DNA of 64,000 nucleotides from Lingula anatina (Eukaryota; Animalia; Brachiopoda): NCBI GenBank assembly GCA_051362555.1, contig CM120648.1, positions 16,364,587 to 16,428,586 of the forward strand, given 5' to 3'. Below, piece after piece: positions 24,253-37,934 of this stretch. Below the pieces are notes generated by a model that searched no databases, was not told the DNA's origin, and worked only from the letters and a program-made list of their open reading frames with translations. The translations under genes and the position numbers were made by a program. Within the stretch, counting starts at the first letter, position 1. Each line of letters begins with the position of its first letter.

Positions 24253-27200
24253 ATGAATTCAGCTGGTGGGATCGCATTTGTATTGGCTTTCTTTCTCCAC
24301 GGCACCATAAGCCAAAGTAAATGTGAGTTTTCTTTTTTTCTATGTTTTATGCAGTCATGCGGAACATTTCAGGGTAATACCGCGTTTTCTCTTTTTCGTT
24401 AATTTTCTGAATGCTCTACACTTTTTTTTTAATTTTCAAAATTGTTTACGAGAAAATTTAAATTACGTCGATACGAATGTGATATTTCAGAGACTAATCA
24501 TCGGGACTGTCTTTCCTTTTAAACGTTTTCTTCTTTTCAGTTTATCAGATTGACGTCAATCCGAGTCTTTTCGACGACTACTCACGTGCCGCGCGTGCAG
24601 TGCGCGAGATCTATGAATCCGAGTTGGCATTTGCATTAAGATCACCAGGTGCGTCTCAAACTCATATTTTTTAAACGTAACGTTCAGTTTCTGTTGTTTT
24701 TCTGATTTTTCTTACCTCTTTATTCATTTATTTTACTTACTTATTGTTTTTCATATATTAAGCTTCCATGTCTCAGACTTTTTGGCAATGAATTAAAACA
24801 TTTTACATTCGAAGAGTTTATTAAGCGTGTGGTTAAATACGAAATTTATGTCCCCCAAGTTTTAGAACGCTAAAATTAAGATATTTATTTGTGCATAATG
24901 TATGCTATCGGGCTTTGATTATAGACAAATTATGAATGGCGCCAATTAAAATTTTGTAGCCTTGTATGAAACAAGTGCCTAGAAAATTATTCCTAGTTTC
25001 GTGCATCTAAACCAACGCATACACTGAAACGCGTCTAAATTCCTTTATCGTAATAACGAAATAAAAGCAATTTATACATTTCTTTCCATCAACATTTGCA
25101 ACCAGCTGAGGCGAGAAGATTCCTATTTGGCTTCGATGTCATAGCTGAGAACATGAAGGGTGGCAGCGTCTTCACGAAATTCATCGATTTCACTGGTCAG
25201 CTCCAGACGGGAATATTCGGAGAACTTTTAAAAAGGTAAAAGATAAAAAAGTGAAACGACTCGGTAGTTTAAGAAGGACAATCACTTCTATAGACCAGTA
25301 TATAATCATATCGCACCCATGATGGTAACAACGGTGGTAGACCCACGATTTTATTATTATTATTATTTTAGACTTAAGGTCAGGTCAACTTGACAAATTA
25401 TTGACTAGCAGTTGGGATAAATGACCGACGCCGAACGCGAACTATAATTGTTTTGTTACATTTTGAAAAATACACTCCCCAATTGTTACGTTATGTCGCG
25501 ACCAGGCGTACACTAGTGACAACTTAACGTGCACGTCAATACAAAGAAGAACCAACAATTTGTTATGATACCAATTAAATATGTAATTATTTTTAATTTC
25601 TAACTGCCTGAATTGGCTTAGTAAATGGATTTGTACGCCATTGGTATGAGCGTGGTGGCCTTAAAAGCCTGGTGTGAAGTGGGAAGTCAGAGGACCCTGA
25701 CTTGATCCCCCCAAAATGCTGAGTCTTTTTTTCATAAATAAAATCCAAACCTAAGTTCACCGGCTGGGAGGTTAATATCATCTGATATTTGTCCGCTGTC
25801 CATCAAATGGCGGGCATCAAATTACATGTACGTGACTATGTAATATAGTTATTTGTTTGTTTTTTTTTAATTTTATTTTGCTTTGACCTTTCGACATTTT
25901 TATAAAGATACTCTGAAGTTCACTTTCCTAAACAATATTATTTTAATCCACAAAAGTGAAGATAATTTTAAGTGGATGAGGGTAGGTGGCAGGGTCATGT
26001 AGGTGAAGTTGATTTAGGTTCAATACCCATTGTATTACTTAGAGAAAATGGCGCAATGTACAAATGTTAGTTCAAGTAATGAAGTAAAATAATCAAATAT
26101 AATAAATGTCGTGAAATCGTCATAAGGGAATCATGACTACCATCTTTTTATGCTTAGGTATCGGCAAGTGTATGAGCCTGGTATGATATTCACCGTGCCC
26201 GACAGAACCTTTGAAGGCACGGAACCAATCAGCGGTAAGATCCAGCCGTGTTACAAGTTTGCCCCGCAATGTGATCCCTACGCCGTGTACCGGACAATTG
26301 ACGGCTCGTGTAATAATCTCCAGACGCCAATTTTGGGGAAGTCCTTCGTAGAATTCTTCCGGTTACTTCCGGCTGAATACGGCGACGGTAAGTAATTTTT
26401 AAAAAAATCATTATTTTGTAAAATGTTGTGGACCGAGGGTAAGGGGAGGTGTTTCGCTCATAAACCTCAGACCAAAACAGTACATTTTTGTGTTTGGATA
26501 GTAAGGGCAAGGATGGAATCAGGGAAAGTGCGTGATTCCTTATAAAATATAAAACTCTTTTGTTGTCTCTATTAACGCATTAGTCTATAGTGTTTCTATT
26601 ACTACCCTGTGTGTGTTCCCTGTGTGCTGTAGTTCAATATGCGCAGTTTATAGGGGCTCTGTCACTTTAGTCAATTATCCCTTTTTTCCTTGAATTTCGT
26701 GGCTTAGGTGGGACTCAAATGCAACACTTTTGAAAACAGTACTTTAACGTAGAATTGTTTTTCTTTTTTTTTAATAAATTATCTTTTTGTTCCTGTTAGA
26801 TGTGGGCTACCAATTTGATACTAATATGGCATCCACTGGGCGAAATATTTCTACACAAGGTGTACTTACGACATTGCTTTGCGCTCGCTAAAGGTTCATT
26901 TAATATACCAGTAATTAGTGTGCATTGTGTGTCCATCATTAGTCTTCATTAGTTCAGTCGTTATATAAACGTTACTTAAGATTGTTACTGCAGTCATAGG
27001 GACCATTCCCAGACCCTTTCGTACTAACTGTGAAGCTATCTCTGAGGGGTTCTCGCTAAATTGCAATCAACTTAAGCGGCTTAGATGTCTGTGACGCCTA
27101 CTGAAGCTGCTAGAGGGTATTTAAGACTGGGTTCCACATACCTATATCGATCTAACAGGATCGATCCATGCCCACTGAAGCTGCTAAACGATAATTGATT

Positions 27201-29744
27201 ACCCATTTAGCGAGAAACCCCCTCAGAGATAGATTGATCCACAGTAAGTAGGATAGGGTCTGGGAATGATTCCTTAGACACTTGAAACTATACATAGACC
27301 GATCCAACTCAGGCAACTCGCTGAATACAATCAGTTTACATAGTAGCACGTACTGTACTCCTATATTTACTTGTTTTTTCTGTAGTGTACGCCACGCCAC
27401 AAGGACGCATGTTAATCCGTTAATCTCACTGCATTTAGCTAGAATCTCCGCGGAGTTGGATCGACTGATAGTTTCATTGGTAAAGAGAACATAGTGAACC
27501 TATCACAGAATGCTCTCATATCCAAGTGCACCTGTAACGGAATTAGTAAATAAGAGAAAAAGAAGACAAAACGACTTTTCAAAGATCGAGGGTTAAGGGT
27601 GCTGAGCTAACAGTAAGAGACGTTTTCGCTTACGTTTTGTAGAGTTTATATCTTGCACATTAGAATGCATTTACGAGTTTTGTAGGGGAGACCGGGGCTA
27701 GTTGGCCCAGTTAGACACTTTTGGCCTTGTAGAGCCAACTAAGAATGAGTTAGAGTAACAAAATCGGTTTCAAAGTAAGCCCCATGAACTAAGCGACGTA
27801 TGCAACGTCATTATTTTTCAAATATAACGCCAGATGGCTCACAATTTGACAAAAAACGCAGTTGACGTCAGGGGGGGCCAACTTGCCCCGCCACGGGGCA
27901 AGTTGGCCCCAGGGTCGGGGCAAGTTGGCTCCCTATACAAAAATGGAGTAAATATCCCACGTAAACGCCTTGTAATACATTTTTATACATTTTTAATTTA
28001 TTAAATTGACTTTTGAGAGTCTTTGATGAATAAATAGTTCAAATGAGGCAGATTTATTGAGGTTTCCGTACGTCACGTTGTAGGGGGGGGGGTATAAGTT
28101 GCAAGAAGCAGAATATCTATCAATAAAATTTGTTTTATTTTAATAAAGAATTTATTAATAATGGTATAAAGCAGGTTTTTAATGAAAACGAATAATAAAT
28201 TTTCGTCTTAAAAGAAAGTTACATATTCAGTTTTAAACCATTGAGTTTGTTTCAACAATGGTCTCTAGCTGTGTTGCGCGCAAAGGTTTGTGGGTAATAT
28301 AAGGGTCCAACTTGCCCCGAGTCAAGGGGGCCAACTAGCCCCGGGTGCACACTTTTTATTTTAAAGGATGGCAGCCATTTATGGTGCTAGAATGAGCAAC
28401 GATGATACGTCTCTGTGAAACTTGAAACAATGAGCTTAATATCAGTTTGATGCCCTATACATATATTATATTCGATCAAAAGCCTATGAAATAGATTTCT
28501 AAATCTCTTTAACAAAATTACTTTTAGGTGCAAAAATACTTTATTTCGACTCACAGCTTAAGTAAAACTTTTTAACGTCCCACACTTCCTTAGCATTGAA
28601 GACTACGGTCACTTTACAAGAGTATGTGGCCAATTTTTTTACCTCGTAGTTACTTTTTCAGAAAATGACGGGGGGCCAACTTACCCCGGGGTCCAACTAG
28701 CCCCGGTCTCCCCTATGTTGCTTTTTTATAACTTGACTGTAATAGTTCACCTCTATTGCTATAAAGGTCACTATCGTCACACGCGGTTTCTTGCACGCTT
28801 TTGCTAGTTTTCCTAGTTTCCTACGTATGTCGCCAGTGTCGCAGGCCTTGTTTTAGACATGATGATGGCCAGCAATGGCTTGTATTCTTTGTTGAGATCA
28901 ATGTTTCCTTAGGGCTTCCACAGCTGATTTTTATTTATGAATTTCGGCTCGAAAACATTCCCCATATTTTGATTTATTTCTACGTTTGAATCTGCCTGAA
29001 TGTTACATATCCCCTTACTTAAATCTATTTTTGCTTGTACTTCTAAATAATGGGTTGTTTTAATCTTGTTATACAAGGTGTCCGGATCCAGCTATCATCC
29101 CTGCGGACTAAAAAATACATTAAACGTTTTTCTTAGAATTTGAAATTATACGATTATTGCGTGTTAAAGTGTCATAAATGAGTTGTAAAATATATACCTA
29201 AAGCTATTGTTGGCCTGTCTAGTTTTTAGGTGACAAACAACCAGACTCTGAATCACTCAAGGTCAAGGTTGGGTCTGGTTTATAGGCCAGTATTATAACC
29301 CATACATGTCGTAAAAATAATGGCCCACTTATAATAAACAAGACGCAGGGCAATTATGTACATTGATAAGCCTCAATTATCATCAAGAGAGAGTCGAGAT
29401 TTCCATCTGAGCCCGACAAATTTGTGAGTCAATTTAATACCTGAACCGGGCACAACCTATTTTCTAACCACTGACTAGGCAGTATGATTATAACGGCATG
29501 GCACTTCAAGCTGCAATACCTCAACCGGGCACAACACATTGCCTTACCATTGACTAGGCGGTATAATTACAACAACATGGCACTCCAAGCTTTCTTACCA
29601 GGATTTCATGTTAAATGCTGCTAAGAATTTTTTGCTCGTTTCTTAATTTTCCATAGAATTCAATTAGATCTACTTCCAACCATTTATCCTATGTAAGGTG
29701 GAAATGTACTGAAGTATAACAGAATCTGAATCAAGAACACACAC

Positions 29745-29775
<31 letters not shown>

Positions 29776-31359
29776 GGGAGAGAGAGATATCTGCCATTTA
29801 TAAGCTGTAATATTACGACACACGATTATAAACATTTCCGCTGTTTCCTGGCGAATATGACCATTTCTACAGGAGCTACCGCTGTACCCTCCACTTTAAA
29901 TACCCTTTACCAGGGCGACTGATATATTTTTACAGATATTCACAGATATGTCTCTAGATAGATAGATGGTCATTTTAGGCTGAAGTCATCCCATGTGGAA
30001 ACAATTATCTCTGCGCGCGCGCCAAAGGCTTTGTACTCGCTCTGCATAAGCTGAGCCTCACAACGATGTGATAACTGCTTGTTACGCAACCAGTCTAAGG
30101 CTTTTTTATCTGTCACAGAAGAGCAAGTGATTAAAGTCAGAGCAATGAACTGTCTTGATTGCTGTCACGCAGACTTAGACTGGACCTGCTAAGTGGCAGT
30201 GCCTGAGCAGTTATGCAAACAATTACCAGGCACGTAATCAGCCTTGAGATTTCTCAACAGGGTGACAGGGTACATTTTACACATATATTTTTATTTCCCA
30301 AGATAAGCATGTGTTTTTAAGACAAAGCCCTTAATGAAAACGTGAAGATTACCCTGAGTGTCAGAGCAACGTAAAAGCTAACTAGCTTAAATATACCTTG
30401 TGATGGAGTCGCTTTTACTAGGTATTGTTGATATGGGTTATATATGAAATCAAGATCGAGCTGGCAATACCGGAATCTAGAACCTAGGGTAGTGAAGATA
30501 GGATCTATCAATGCCCATTGATTTCAAATGGTTTTATTCATTGTTCCTCGCACATCTCACAAACAGTGTAAAATTTTATTTCAATGATTTTAGAATTTAA
30601 TCTTAATACCCATCTATCTCTTACCCACTTGAGAAAAATAACTATCTCTTAAATAAGACAAAAGTGTAAGGTGGAATAGCTGAAAAGGGAGAGAAGTGAG
30701 AGGAAAGTAAATAGAAGAGGATAGTTGTAGAAAAGGGATGGAAGAGAAAGTGGATACCAGAACTAGCGTTTCTTACCTTTAGCTGAACAGGCTCCTCGCT
30801 GGACGGTTGGTGTCCTGTATGCTTTTTCGCACTAACTAGTGATTCAGTCAGAACCTTATTATATATTACATGGCGTGGCGCGCTTTGATGCATTTTGATT
30901 GGATATAAAATGCAGCCTACTGCAAGAGTACCCAAAGGGTTTTTTACCCTCTTTAACAAGTTCGCTTGCAAATATTTGTGACAAAAAATTATTATTATTA
31001 TTATTATTATCATTATACTGAAAAACTTTTCAATCGAATTTCAATTTAAGCAAAATGATTCAAAAAAGACTCTTAAACATGTGGTCACAGGGGTTTTGAG
31101 ACTGCCGCACTAATTTAATGGTCTAATTTTGTTACCACATTTAATGTGTCTTTTATTGACTCTTACATTTTTTTAAAGCATTTGAAAATATTTTATCTAC
31201 AGAATATTTTAGTTTACTTGCATCTTTTAGTTTTAGTTTTAAGTACTTAAATATTATTTTTTTATTCAAAATGTGTAGTTTTAGTATTAATAGTTTTATA
31301 TCTAAACAGCCCTGAAACGCATGTGTAGCGCAGTATCAAGAAATACATTAATTTATTAA

Positions 31360-31404
<45 letters not shown>

Positions 31405-32521
31405 GCCAGGTGTGGGTTCTTTGAGACGAGATAAGCATGGCAATGAGCTGCCTAGTGCCCGCTTAATTAGTACCGCTCTTCACGAGGATATCAGCGTCCC
31501 CATGCATCTGATCACCGAGTTTACCATGGAGTTTGGCCAGTTCCTTGACCATGATTATGACCGGGCACCGCTGACCAAAATATTGAAGATTCTAGGTGAG
31601 TAATTAATGCTGTTTGTTAAACACAATACTTTATAGGTCTTATATGTTTACCATTGTCTTTTCTTTTGTTGGGTAATACGAATATGCATAGATGAGTGTA
31701 TTTTAAAGTTGATAAAATTAACTAAAGCTCATCCAACTATGTGTGTTTCACAGAGGAGCTCATTTTTACCTACTTTCTTGAAATTACGTAGTAATAGTAC
31801 ATGTAGTCTAAGTCACGTGCTGTGGGAACTCTTTTATTATAGGAGGTTGAAAATCGATGCCCCTAGGCGTGTTGACCAGCGCGTTCAGTGTCGCTTTTTC
31901 ACAATGCAATCGTAATACGATTCCCGTGATGAGTTTCAAAAAAAAAAAAAAAAAAAAAAATCTTTGAAAAACTTATCTCAAGAAAGAAATTTTGAAAGAG
32001 TTCATTTTAACACTTCCTGAAAGTAAGTGCCGTACATGTACAGTGTAGTGTTTATATAAATTGTGGGCCGATATTTAAAAAAAAAAAACAGTCTTGCACG
32101 CCCACCATACTTAAGGTGTTTATAGTCAATGCATATTTAAGTCACGTTTCTTTATATTTTCTATAAAAAAAAAGATTAATTTTTTTCAGAAACCCTGTTA
32201 GGCCACCTGTCAGATCGAGACATTTCCCAAAGGTGCCCCTGGCGAACTGGATATGTAAAAACGGAATATATGTACATGTATATGATCTATCTATCTGTTT
32301 CAGAGAATGGCACTGAGGTGACGATTGACGTTAAATGTGGCCCGGACGATTGTTCTACGGGGCCCGGAGAATTGGCTTCCTGTTCGCCAATATTCGTCCC
32401 TCCGAATGATTCCGACAATGTTACGAAACCGTGCTTCAAATTTGTGCGCAGCTCAGCGGCACAACGCGCAGGGTGTACATTTGGTAAACAAACTGATAAA
32501 CGTCATGCTGTTAAAATAGCA

Positions 32522-32558
<37 letters not shown>

Positions 32559-35500
32559 TTGGCACTGTTCGGTTATAAATGGATGTTCTAACTGTTACGA
32601 TCGGTTTTTATCGCCTTATACATGTCCAAGAATGACCCAAAACTAGAAACTCAAAAAACTGGTTTAATGGTCGTAATTCTGCCAATGTTTTGGAGATTGG
32701 ATACCTTGGTGACTAACTTAAAGTGTCAACCCCCCTCCCCCCCCAAAAAAAAAAAAAAAAAAAAGGGAGGGGGGAGGTCTGCTATGAAAAAAGGTTAACT
32801 TGAATTGTGCACTAAAACAGGTCTTCCCTGCATGGTTTTACTAGTACTAATACACAATCCGAAGTGTAAGTGCGCAGTTAAACAGTGTACCGATGTAAAC
32901 AAGTTTTGTCGTAAAAAGATGTGATTCACGCCTTTTTTCCTTTCTTCCAAGGCGTCCGTGAGCAGACTAACGCCATCACGGCGTACCTTGATCAGTCTCT
33001 GGTATACGGGAACACAGACGAGGACGCCAAAAACCTCCGGGATCAAGATCCAAGTGGGTAGAATTTTGGAGTTTTGGAGTACAGAGTAATATGTGTTCGT
33101 AGGCAGTTCAGTCTAAAAGTGAGACCTACGATAAGACATGTTAGATATTGGTTTAACGTATTGCCGACATAGATCTCCATTCTCCTTTGTTTTGGACAGC
33201 CCTTAAATATTACTAGAATTCTACATGTATAATTTGAATATGTAGGCTATTGACTTTAGTAATTTAATATGTATCACAATTTTAATATGCATCTGCATCG
33301 ATTATTGTTATTTGAACATACATTTATATATCGACCTTCGTGATTTTCATATTTATTGAATTATGTAATTTGAACATGTATGAACATGCAGTAACTGAAT
33401 ATATATATATATAGTTTTGTTTTGTATTTTGAAGGTAGAGGAAAGCTTAGGACAAAACCCCATCCTTTCAATCCAAACTTGAAGCCCCTCCTCCCATCAC
33501 GTGACGACCCGACATGCCGCGAGGTCAACGAGACAGTCACGTGCTTCCTTGCAGGTGAGGTGCTGTAATATTGGAGCGTCCTTTATCGTGGATATTTGCC
33601 TCTGGGGATCATTGCAAAGTTTACGTACCATTACACGAGTTAAGTAACAACAAACAGTTTAATTATCGCAGGCAGAAAGTTTTATTACAGCTTATAACAG
33701 CTGTAGTTTCTACACCGCAGGCAGCTGCGGACGGCATACATTATGAACTTGAAGGGGTAACAACTCTTTATATGCGATTCAAAAATCTAAAATAAATGCA
33801 TTGTAAACAACGCATAGACAGAATACACTGTACATTCAATCCCGCTTTACAACCAAAACGGCGGTTATTGCAATTATTCTGATATCTGTACTTGACATCG
33901 GACCACGTGGACCCTCAAAGACGGCTACCCTTTTAAGATATTAATACAATCTCTTGGGAGATGCACACTTATCAAAAACATTCGACTAACTTTGAATGCC
34001 GGAACTGATTCGTTAGCCGTTGGTTGGTAATAGGAATATAGTCGTTTACCGGAGGAAAATTCGTTTTATGACACGTAGGCCTACTTTTCCTGCAAAATGA
34101 AGTCTAGTCATCTATTTAAATACTGCTCATTGGGCAAGAATAGAGTTATATTGTGCACAACGGAAGCTAAAGGTAGAAAAGGTAGATCCCCTTCCTGAAT
34201 CCAAGTTCCCCTTGTTGCGTTTTAAGTGAGTCGCCGTGCATTCCCAGACCGTCAACTTTATGTATGACGGTAAACGTCATTTAATCTTTATGATTCATTT
34301 ACTTATTTATTTATTTACAGGTGACATCAGATTAAACGAACAGATGGGCCTGATGGCCAATCACCACATATGGGTGCGAGAACACAATAGACTGGAGGCG
34401 GAACTTCACCGCCTTAACCCCCACTGGAGCGGCGAGCGTCTTTATCAGGAGGCCAGGAGAATTAACATTGCCCAGTGGCAGTACATAGTCTACAACGAAT
34501 ACCTGCCGATCATCATAGGACCTGATGCCATGGCCTTACACCGACTCAATCCACTTAAAGAAGGTTATTTCACTGGTGAGTAAATGATATTGTCTGAATT
34601 TGACATGTTAAGAAATGCGATTGTTGCGCCGTGAGAGAGTTGTGACCGAGAGTGACGAGTGGTAAAGCATGTGATACTTTATACCTCACGCACGTGTTAA
34701 TTGCGGTATAAAACATTAGGTTAATGAGTATCTGAAACTAAACTTTGCTAAGAGAGAGCGAGAGGGAGAACGTTTTTATTTGAAGTTCAGGATTCTCTAT
34801 TTTTGATGTGATTTTCTGTTTGTCTGCATTAAAGCTGTCTTTTAAAAACTTATTTCAAAGCCGTGGTTGTTATCTTAGTTTAAGAATATTTGGTTAAGTT
34901 ACTTGTACCAAAATGAACTGGTATAATATTTAATAAATATTTAATTCAAAGTGCTGTATTTCAGGTTATGACAAAAATATAGATCCCGGAGTGAGTAACA
35001 TGTTTGCAACTTCTGCCTTCCGTTTCGGGCATAGCACCGTCCCCACCATACGCAGACGCTCTGACGTCAACCATAGAATTATAGAGAACCATGACTTTTC
35101 TACAGTAAGTATGGGTGCTTTCCCAGAGATTTAGATCGACCTAAGAATTAAGATTTAGATCGACCTAAATCCCTGGGGGTTCACGCTAAATTGCAGTCAG
35201 CCGAGAGGGCACCATACAATGTAGTTAATTACCCCCTTACAGCTTTTAGTAGGCGGGACAGACGCTTAAGCCGGCCAAGCTGACAGTAATCTAGTGAGAC
35301 TCCCCACAGGGATAGATCGATCTAAAAATCTATGGAAATGGGGTGTATAACACCCCATTTCCATAGATTAGATCGACCTACTTTAGATCGACCTAACTCC
35401 CTGGGGGTTCACGCTAAATAGCTGTCAGCCGGGCGGACACGAAAGTTAATTACCCTCTTACAGCTTGTAGTAGGCGGGACGGACATTTAAGTCGGATTAT

Positions 35501-36293
35501 CTGAAAGTAATCTAGTGAGACTCCCCGCGGGGATAGATCGATCTAAAATCTATGGGAATAGAGTCTGTTGTAAGACAGACAGACGGGTCTGATGAAATGG
35601 AAATGAATATCTCATTGGATCAGCTTTAAGAAACAAAACATCTATTTAACTATACACACAAAGCCAAATATATAATTTTTTTTAATGATATAAAGCAATT
35701 TCGGGAAAATTTCATAAAACCTTTACAAACTTTAGAGTATTTTAAATAAAATAATCCTCTGCACATACCTTGAATATGTAGCAGATATTTGACTGTATGA
35801 ACTGTATGTATGCATGCACTAGGATATACAATAAGATGAACGTTTTCCGCCAGGTGTTCCAGAACCCGACGTTACTATACGCGTGGCAGGAAGGGGGCGT
35901 GGACTCCGTTATGATTGGCAGTTTTGATCAGGAGCTGGAGGGCACAGATCGCTTCTTTTCCAAGGAAGTGACGTTGCACATGTTCGCAGAGAATCCGTTC
36001 GCGAAGGGGATTGGTCAGGATCTGGCGGCGTTGAATATCCAGAGAGGCAGGGATCACGGACTGCCGGGTAAGAGAGGACATTTGACCGCCAGCTGACAGA
36101 TAAATAGACATAAAAATCAAAAACAAAATCATGAGCAAAATAATAAAATAAAGTAAAACAAATAAATAAAGAAATACATGTAGATACAGACAGATATATA
36201 ATTATGTAGTTAGATTGAAAAATTGATATATAGATAGGCCACATTAACATGTAAGTACATGTATACTCTTTTATCTATCTACCTATCCACCTT

Positions 36294-36338
<45 letters not shown>

Positions 36339-37002
36339 GTTTAGTTAGATTGAAAAATTGATATATAGATAGGCCACATTCAAGACAGTGGACTAACTAG
36401 CCTGTGGGTCAAATATGGCGACCGACTGAAAAGCTTGCTGTCCAATCCGCTAACAGACACTGAATAGTCTATTAGATAGCCCTCGGGGACGTATTCAAGT
36501 GGGTCGGCCATATTTGACCCTCGGACTAGTTAGTCCACTGTTCTGAATGCAGCGTATCTATTTTATCAATTTTTTCAATCTAACTACACATAGATAGATA
36601 GATAAAAAGGATAGGTAGATAGAGTATACATGAAATACATGTACTTATAGAATCTATTTATAAAATTTCTTTTTTTCAGGGTACAACTCTTGGCGCGAGT
36701 TGTGTGGCGGAAACAGAGCCAAAACATTTGACGATTTCCTGACTGGTCCAAAAGCCTTTAGACTGAAATATTCAGGGGTAGCAAAACTAAAGAAACTTTA
36801 CAAGTAGGTCATTACAGTATTAGATTTCCGTTAGTTCTTTTTGTTTTTAATTTTTTTCCGTTTATTGCTTCTAATTGGCATTACATTGATGGAGGAATAT
36901 ATCAGCTCTTGAAGCAAGTTCTGACGTTTATCACTTTATCATGCAGTTCGTTTCGACATCATTATTATTATTGTTGTTGTTGTTGTTGTAAAATCCTGTT
37001 TA

Positions 37003-37042
<40 letters not shown>

Positions 37043-37537
37043 GTGAAAATAAAATATAGTAATGAATATTATGTGTGTGTGTGTGTGTGTGTGTGCGTGT
37101 GTTTAGAGTTCTATGTGTCGATCAAAGGGGTAGACCAGTTCACTATCATACTAATATCTTCTTCAGGCATCCGGACGACGTCGATTCCTTTTCTGGCGGT
37201 TTGTTAGAAACGCCCTTGCCAGCGGCGTCCGTTGGTCCAACTTTCGCGTGTGTGATAGCGGACCAGTTCCTGAGGTCACGCAGTGGCGACCGGTTCTGGT
37301 ACGAAAACAAGCAAGCCGGCTTCACCCTGGAACAGCTGAAGTCCATCAAGAAGACGTCCAATGCCCGGGTGTCGTGTGATAACTTGGATAATATGCAAAC
37401 GGTTCAGCCCAAGACTATGCTGAGGTCTTTAGAGGACGTTGTAAGGTCGCCAAGGTTTGTATTCAAAACTCTCAAGTCGTTATGTCGCTTATAACTGATA
37501 CATGGGTATATACCTAAAATAATACCCAGTAGATATG

Positions 37538-37568
<31 letters not shown>

Positions 37569-37859
37569 AATGCTTTGGGAAGTTTTTCATCTATTGAGTT
37601 ACACATTTTGACAGGTGTCTTATATGGGTTTTGCTTGGATGAATTAAACTGCTATCAACATCATTTCCAACCACTTCGTGTCTTTAACACCCAGCAAAAA
37701 TTTTAATATTTCACCTTTGTCCTTTTCTTTAGATTCAATTACCGACACGGGTACCACGTACTGCGACTGTTTGGGGTCTCCAAAAACCGGAGAGTGCACT
37801 GTTCTCAACTAGCTGGCATTGACCTGAATTTGTGGAAAGAGAAGAGGACATATCATTAA
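24253..37859 (+). CDS. Secreted animal heme peroxidase (peroxidase-cyclooxygenase superfamily; chorion peroxidase/peroxinectin-like), 13 exons, ~721 aa
   Basis: Phase-consistent GT-AG exons: 24253-24322, 25106-25235, 26158-26387, 31410-31595, 32304-32483, 32952-33053, 33435-33554, 34321-34575, 34965-35104, 35854-36067, 36680-36803, 37167-37454, 37733-37859. Signal peptide MNSAGGIAFVLAFFLHG. Motifs YRTIDGSCNN, LPSAR, FGQFLDHD (distal His), GDIRLNEQ (distal Arg, Glu), REHNRL, AFRFGHS (proximal His), DLAALNIQRGRDHGLP, GDRFWYEN, IDLNLWKE. Confidence 0.93.
26999..27273. mobile_element. Family B-related MITE (rearranged) in peroxidase intron 3
   Basis: GGGACCATTCCCAGACCCT...AGGGTCTGGGAATGATTCC; internal TTAAGCGGCTTAGATGTCTG resembles family B. 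Confidence 0.7.
27685..28713. mobile_element. Non-autonomous Tc1/mariner(pogo)-type DNA transposon
   Basis: TA|GGGGAGACCGGGGCTAGTTGG...CCAACTAGCCCCGGTCTCCCC|TA; internal repeats of the CCAACTTGCCCC motif; no ORF. Confidence 0.88.
29436..29591. repeat. Direct repeat, 2 copies of ~79 bp
   Basis: AATACCT.AACCGGGCACAAC...TGACTAGGC...CATGGCACT.CAAGCT occurs twice. Confidence 0.8.
30009..30273 (-). repeat. Old dispersed repeat, homologue of 7499-7763
   Basis: Reverse-complement colinear similarity to 7499-7763. Confidence 0.7.
33753..34010 (+). mobile_element. Degenerate copy of the Kolobok-like MITE
   Basis: Colinear similarity to 40665-40995 (TAACAACTCTT, CCAAAAC.GCGGTTATTG, ACGTGGACC.TCA.AGA.GGCTA, ACTTTGAATG). 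Confidence 0.6.
35113..35565 (+). mobile_element. Two adjacent family B MITEs in peroxidase intron 9
   Basis: Copy 1 at 35113-35345 with TAT on both sides; copy 2 at 35351-35565. Both match 6318-6542. Confidence 0.88.
36372..36553. mobile_element. MITE family A copy in peroxidase intron 10
   Basis: CATTCAAGACAGTGGACTAACTAG...GGGTCAAATATGG / CCATATTTGACCCTCGGACTAGTTAGTCCACTGTTCTGAATG. Confidence 0.8.
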
Positions 37860-37879
37860 TGCAACGGATTATAGCTACG

Positions 37880-37934
<55 letters not shown>

